A stretch of 20,000 nt of DNA from an uncultured virus (IMG/VR IMGVR_UViG_3300046718_000884) (lineage: Duplodnaviria > Heunggongvirae > Uroviricota > Caudoviricetes). The notes below the pieces were generated by a model that saw nothing but the letters and a program-made list of their open reading frames with translations, did no database searches and was not told the DNA's origin. Each line of letters begins with the position of its first letter. The first letter of the stretch is position 1. Made by a program: the position numbers and the translations under genes. Location of the stretch: the IMG/VR virus record IMGVR_UViG_3300046718_000884; one strand, written 5' to 3'. Positions 15,968 through 20,000 of the stretch are shown one piece after another.

Positions 15968-16366
15968 ATGACTGATTTCTACGTCGCCGAGTATCGCACC
16001 AACAACCGCATCAGCGGTTACGACGTGCGCCGCGTCGGCACCGGCGAATCGTTCGCGTATTTCGCAGTGTCCGACTGGGGCACCATCGCCGCCCGTGACG
16101 GCGCGGCGCGGCTGCGCGCGCTGTTGCTGACCGCCAAGCTGCCGGACGCGGACGAGACGCCGATGTTCACCCGCGACAACACCGAGGGGTTCAGCGCCGC
16201 CGAGCTGGCCGTGCTGAACGACCGCTATCACCGCGTCCTGCGGCTTGCCCTGTGCGACCTGCCGGGTGGCGCTGAGGGCACCAGCGACGACCTGCTGGCA
16301 CAGATCCGCCAGGGCGTCGCCGAGACCGTCCTGGCCAACTACGTGCCCGTGGAGGAGGCGTCGTGA
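15968..16366 (+). CDS. Hypothetical protein (132 aa)
   Basis: GGAG SD; GTGA overlap with the next gene. Confidence 0.78.
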   Translation: MTDFYVAEYRTNNRISGYDVRRVGTGESFAYFAVSDWGTIAARDGAARLRALLLTAKLPDADETPMFTRDNTEGFSAAELAVLNDRYHRVLRLALCDLPGGAEGTSDDLLAQIRQGVAETVLANYVPVEEAS

Positions 16367-17547
16367 CCGACAAGGCCGAGAAGCGGCGGCCTACCCTGGC
16401 CGATCGCTTCATCCACCGGAAGTTTTCCGACTGGGAGCGCGTCGTCCACCCGAAGACGATCGCCCAGCTCCAGCGCAGCGCGCGGGCCGCCAACCGCTTC
16501 GTGCTCACCGAGGCGGCGACCCTGCGCATCGCTCAGGTGATCGACTCGATCCCCGACCTGCTGATCCGCGAGCAGCGCTTCGCCCGCGCGCCCTACGACC
16601 TGACCTGGATCGAGTTCCCCTCGCACGTGCTGTGGAACTACATGCGCGAGCAGAACCCCGAGGCCTACGAGCACCAGGGCCGGTTCGGCGATCTCGAAAG
16701 CTCGGACCACACGATCGGCTATCTGATCGACCACGAGCGGGTCAACATCGTCGCCGGCGGCACCGTGGCGAACCCCGACAGGGCGCCCAACATCATGCCG
16801 ATCCAATACCGCATGCACACCGAGTGGCGCCCCGAGGAGCGGGCCGAGTTCCGCCGGCTGACCGGCATGCGCCTGGACTGGCATGCCGACGCGTTCCTGT
16901 GCGGCAGCACCTATGACCGGCTGGCACCGTCGGAGCGCGGCGAGCTGGCTGCGCGGCACGCGGTGGATTTCCTGCCGTTCAACCCGCAGCACCGGCTGTT
17001 CGATCGCTACAGCAGCGACGGCGAGTGGCGCGACGCGGCGCGCGGCTCGATCGGCGAGCTGCGCAATATCATCGCGATCATGCTGGTGATGAACCGCCCG
17101 AGCCTGACCAAATACGTCCAGAGCAACCAGGGCGGGCGCGGTTTCCACAAGGGCAAGCTGATGCCCTATCTCAGCCACACCACGGTGACCATCGATCTCG
17201 ACGCGCGCCCGACGCTGCGGCTGATCGGCACGCCGGAAGGCGAGGGGGTGCCGCGCCGGCGCCACGAGGTCGAGGGGCACTTCAAGCACGACGCGACCGC
17301 GCGCGAGTATTCGCGCATCGCCGGCTGCATCCACTCATTCCAGCCGACCCACGGGCCGAAAGACCAGTGGGCACCGTGGCCCGATCCACCGCTCGGCGTT
17401 CCCGGCGAACCCGGCGTGCCGCGCAACTGGGTGTGCTCGGACTGCGGCGGCAAGCGCTGGTGGCAGCGCGAGAGCGAGCGCGGCGACGCCTCGATCGGCT
17501 ACGTCATCAAGGACGGCTACGACGTCGACGTCGGTAAATCATCTTGA
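16363..17547 (+). CDS. Conserved phage hypothetical protein (394 aa)
   Basis: C-terminal RRHEVEGHF...WW...RGDASIG motif seen in many phage proteins; C-x-H...CxxC possible Zn insert. Confidence 0.82.
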   Translation: MTDKAEKRRPTLADRFIHRKFSDWERVVHPKTIAQLQRSARAANRFVLTEAATLRIAQVIDSIPDLLIREQRFARAPYDLTWIEFPSHVLWNYMREQNPEAYEHQGRFGDLESSDHTIGYLIDHERVNIVAGGTVANPDRAPNIMPIQYRMHTEWRPEERAEFRRLTGMRLDWHADAFLCGSTYDRLAPSERGELAARHAVDFLPFNPQHRLFDRYSSDGEWRDAARGSIGELRNIIAIMLVMNRPSLTKYVQSNQGGRGFHKGKLMPYLSHTTVTIDLDARPTLRLIGTPEGEGVPRRRHEVEGHFKHDATAREYSRIAGCIHSFQPTHGPKDQWAPWPDPPLGVPGEPGVPRNWVCSDCGGKRWWQRESERGDASIGYVIKDGYDVDVGKSS

Positions 17548-17573
17548 CATATTTGGTCAGGATGATTTATTCT
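17542..17573 (+). promoter_or_regulatory. Promoter/operator copy 6
   Basis: TCTTGAC-atatttg-GTCAGGA (17542-17562). TTGACA 17544-17549, 18 bp spacer, TATTCT 17568-17573. Confidence 0.82.
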
Positions 17574-17599
17574 CTGGCGTCAACCCCAAGGAGACCCCA

Positions 17600-17836
17600 A
17601 TGAGTTTGCAACTGAGCCGGATCGACGTGATCAACCTCGCGCTCGCGGCGTCCTACGCGGCGAGCGGCGCCTACGTCGAGAACCGGTTGGCCGTGGCCGC
17701 CGCCGACCATGAGCTGGCGGCCAGACTGTGGGCTGAGGCCGGCTACGAGCTGAAGGCCAAGACCCACGCGTCGCTGGTCGAGGCGGTGACCGCCGAGATG
17801 ATCGAGGCGGCGGAAAGCGACGAGGAGGTGGCGTGA
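17600..17836 (+). CDS. Small Ala-rich hypothetical protein (78 aa)
   Basis: AAGGAG SD after promoter 6. Confidence 0.75.
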   Translation: MSLQLSRIDVINLALAASYAASGAYVENRLAVAAADHELAARLWAEAGYELKAKTHASLVEAVTAEMIEAAESDEEVA

Positions 17837-18285
17837 TGTGCAAGATAATCGCGGGGGCCGCGCTGGCGGTTATGCTGTTCAGCGCCGCCGCGCAAGCGAA
17901 TCAATACGACGACATTTACCTGGAGCAGGCGAACGCGGAAATAGAGAACGCAACCAAGGAGGCGATTTCCGAGACTGCGCTTGCCATGTTTGCTGAACAC
18001 TGCCGCGTCATCACCGAAAAACAACTTTTTCGGGTAATCGACTCGGCCTCTGGCGACCTGCTCCATTTTTGGCGTGGGCGGCGAAGCTACGCGGCATGGC
18101 ACGGTCTTCCTCTGCTACCGATGCCGAAATACGTGAACAAAGAACTGCTGTGGAGCGCTGGTCTGGATATGTATGGCGACATTAAAAATAGAGACGACTG
18201 CGCCTTCTTCAGCCGAGAGCACCAGATCGTTTACGAGTTGCTGCAGCGAGCGGGTCCCCGGCGATTGGTCCCCTGGAAGCAATAA
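17833..18285 (+). CDS. Exported protein with signal peptide, lower GC
   Basis: MCKIIAGAALAVMLFSAAAQA-N signal peptide; GGAGG SD; start at 17833 or 17836. Confidence 0.72.
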   Translation: MMCKIIAGAALAVMLFSAAAQANQYDDIYLEQANAEIENATKEAISETALAMFAEHCRVITEKQLFRVIDSASGDLLHFWRGRRSYAAWHGLPLLPMPKYVNKELLWSAGLDMYGDIKNRDDCAFFSREHQIVYELLQRAGPRRLVPWKQ

Positions 18286-18289
18286 CCCG

Positions 18290-18313
18290 AGGGGGCGCGC
18301 GAGCGCCCCCTTT
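18290..18313 (+). terminator. Probable terminator hairpin
   Basis: AGGGGGCGC-GCGA-GCGCCCCCT followed by TT (GNRA loop, short U tract). Confidence 0.7.
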
Positions 18314-18376
18314 GCTATATACGGTGCCCTAAAACGATTCTGCGAGGACACCGTGCCGCAAAGCAACGCGATCGGA

Positions 18377-18733
18377 ATGACCCCAACTCGCTATCGCGAG
18401 GCGCTCACCATCATGAGCATCTCGCAGCGCCAGCTCTCCCAGATCCTGCACTGCAACGTGCGGCTGACCTGCCACTGGGGCCTGGGCAAGGCCGCCGTGC
18501 CGGCGAAGATCGCCGCGTGGCTGGAGCAGTGCATCGAGCTGCGCAAGAAGTATCCCTGGCCGACGCCGCCGCGCGACTGGCGCCAGCGCGATCCGCGCTT
18601 CACCCGCAAGCGCCACCGCGAGCGCGCCGAGGCCGAGGCGCAGGCCAACCTGCTCGGCCAGGGCGCCGCTGCGGGAGCGCGCCCGAAGGCCAGGACGCGT
18701 GCTCAGACGCGCGACGCCTCCGCCAGCCGATGA
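18377..18733 (+). CDS. Cro/XRE-like HTH protein
   Basis: MTPTRYREAL..MSISQRQLSQIL.CNVR...HW..G...VP..IAAWLE pattern; SD is weak. Confidence 0.6.
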   Translation: MTPTRYREALTIMSISQRQLSQILHCNVRLTCHWGLGKAAVPAKIAAWLEQCIELRKKYPWPTPPRDWRQRDPRFTRKRHRERAEAEAQANLLGQGAAAGARPKARTRAQTRDASASR

Positions 18734-18897
18734 CCCTGATTGTCTTCCTCCAACGCCTTGACCAGCACCAGCGTGCGATACGTCGGCGGCAGATCGCGCA
18801 CCGCGAGGCGCACCTGACGCAGCGCCAGCTCGGCACTGTCGGCGCGTTTACGCGCGGCGCGGCGCTCGCGCTCGGCGAGAAGCTCATCATTCTGCAT
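18703..18897 (-). CDS. Small hypothetical protein (64 aa, MQNDELLAER...)
   Basis: GGGGA upstream; helical charged sequence. Confidence 0.45.
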   Translation of the reverse strand: MQNDELLAERERRAARKRADSAELALRQVRLAVRDLPPTYRTLVLVKALEEDNQGHRLAEASRV

Positions 18898-19053
18898 GGT
18901 GCTGTTCCCCACAGGGGCAACGGCGCTATGCGCGCCATGATGGCAAAAGTATTGCCACGGTGGATTGTGCTTTGGCAAGCACATCCACCACCACCGGTAG
19001 GGTGCGCCAAGCCGCGAAAGATCCTCAGACCGCAGGATTTTTTCTATCGTGCA

Positions 19054-19082
19054 TTGCAACGGTGATACGTTTTATGTATATT
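19054..19082 (+). promoter_or_regulatory. Sigma70-like promoter without the palindrome
   Basis: TTGCAA 19054-19059, 17 bp spacer, TATATT 19077-19082, in an AT-rich gap. Confidence 0.7.
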
Positions 19083-19119
19083 GCACAGCACGCAAACACG
19101 GCAAACAGGGAGCAGAACC

Positions 19120-19980
19120 ATGCCGTTCGACACCGCAATACTCGGCGAGGATTTCACGCCGATGAACCACCGCACCGTGCAGCCGATCGGCGCCAAGGCG
19201 CTGAAGATCTTCAATGAGCGCGGCGAAGAGATCGTCGGCTACCATCAGATCGTGCGCGGCGACAACGATGAAACGATCCGCGTGGCACCGGCGACTTACA
19301 CGCTGGTGCAGAATGAAGAGGCGGTCGAGAAGATCGAGGAGGCGCTGAAGAAGAGCCGGCTCGACCTGACCGACGCGCGCTTCGGCTGCGACTACAGCCA
19401 GGACGGTGCCAGGATGTTCGCGCAGTGGCTGCTGCCGGCGCACACCGCGTTCATCCGCCCCGGTGTCGAGGCCTCGCTCAGGGTGATCCTGCTGAACAGC
19501 TACGACGCCACCACGGCGTTGCAGGGGCGTATCGGCTCGTTCAACTGGGCCTGCGCCAATCAGGCGGTGTCGGGCAAAGAGTTCTCCAGCTTTCGTTTCA
19601 CCCACAAGGGCGAGATCGACTTGGGCACCGCGATCGGCAGGCTGACCCTGGCGGCGGAGGAACACGTCGAGGCGGTGCAGCGGCTGGAGCGCTGGCCGGC
19701 GATCCCGCTGTCGGACCAGCAGGCGCGCCGCATCATCGCCTCGCTGCCCAAGGCCACCGAGGCGCTGGTCGACAGCCTCGTCCACGCTTGGCTCAAAGCC
19801 CGCGACGAGGACCCGCTGCAGGGCGGGCCGAACCTGTTCTGTCTGTGGAACGTGCTCACCGCGTGGTCATCCAAGGAGCGCACGGGCGACAACGTCGCGG
19901 TGCGCAACTGGGACCGCCAGACCAAGGTCGCGGCGCTGGTGGAGAGCAAGCTGTGGCAGGACATCGAGGCAACCGGCTGA
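19120..19980 (+). CDS. DUF932/DUF945-family phage/plasmid protein
   Basis: Y.LVQNEE, DGARMF, LLNSYDATTAL..RIG.F.WACAN, F.HKG and NLF.LWN.LT motifs; GGGAG SD. Confidence 0.85.
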   Translation: MPFDTAILGEDFTPMNHRTVQPIGAKALKIFNERGEEIVGYHQIVRGDNDETIRVAPATYTLVQNEEAVEKIEEALKKSRLDLTDARFGCDYSQDGARMFAQWLLPAHTAFIRPGVEASLRVILLNSYDATTALQGRIGSFNWACANQAVSGKEFSSFRFTHKGEIDLGTAIGRLTLAAEEHVEAVQRLERWPAIPLSDQQARRIIASLPKATEALVDSLVHAWLKARDEDPLQGGPNLFCLWNVLTAWSSKERTGDNVAVRNWDRQTKVAALVESKLWQDIEATG

Positions 19981-20000
19981 AATGAATAGCCGGTCGAGGG

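Noticed and set aside
15230..17334. Two long minus-strand ORFs (333 and 331 aa)
   Set aside because: Antisense shadows of well-supported plus-strand genes.
390..17562. Palindromic repeats as a CRISPR array, attC sites or IS ends
   Set aside because: Dispersed over kilobases with variable cores and tied to promoter geometry; no cas, integrase or transposase gene in the window.

Overview
GC-rich tailed-phage (or prophage) DNA; the host is plausibly alphaproteobacterial (inference only). The minus strand carries a packaging/head module: terS (14710-15222), terL (13283-14713) and a DUF1073-type portal extended to about 1686 aa (8212-13272). The portal carries three C-terminal cargo domains: ADP-ribosyltransferase-like, possibly SAM-lyase-like, and HhH glycosylase-like. 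The first two each begin after a repeated tag, DA-x-DPSxHPRGQPENAGEFGPGGGG. A variant of that tag heads a separate minus-strand gene with a RelA/SpoT-like nucleotidyltransferase domain (2844-3662). Both tagged genes converge on a small plus-strand gene that may be an immunity protein. The plus strand holds clusters of small early-type genes, two putative carbohydrate-active proteins, and DUF6011, HTH and DUF932 genes. Six copies of the palindrome TCTTGAC-N7-GTCA(A/G)GA overlap sigma70-like -35 boxes, suggesting one phage regulon. Two candidate structured RNAs are also flagged. All family calls come from motif recognition by eye, not database searches.
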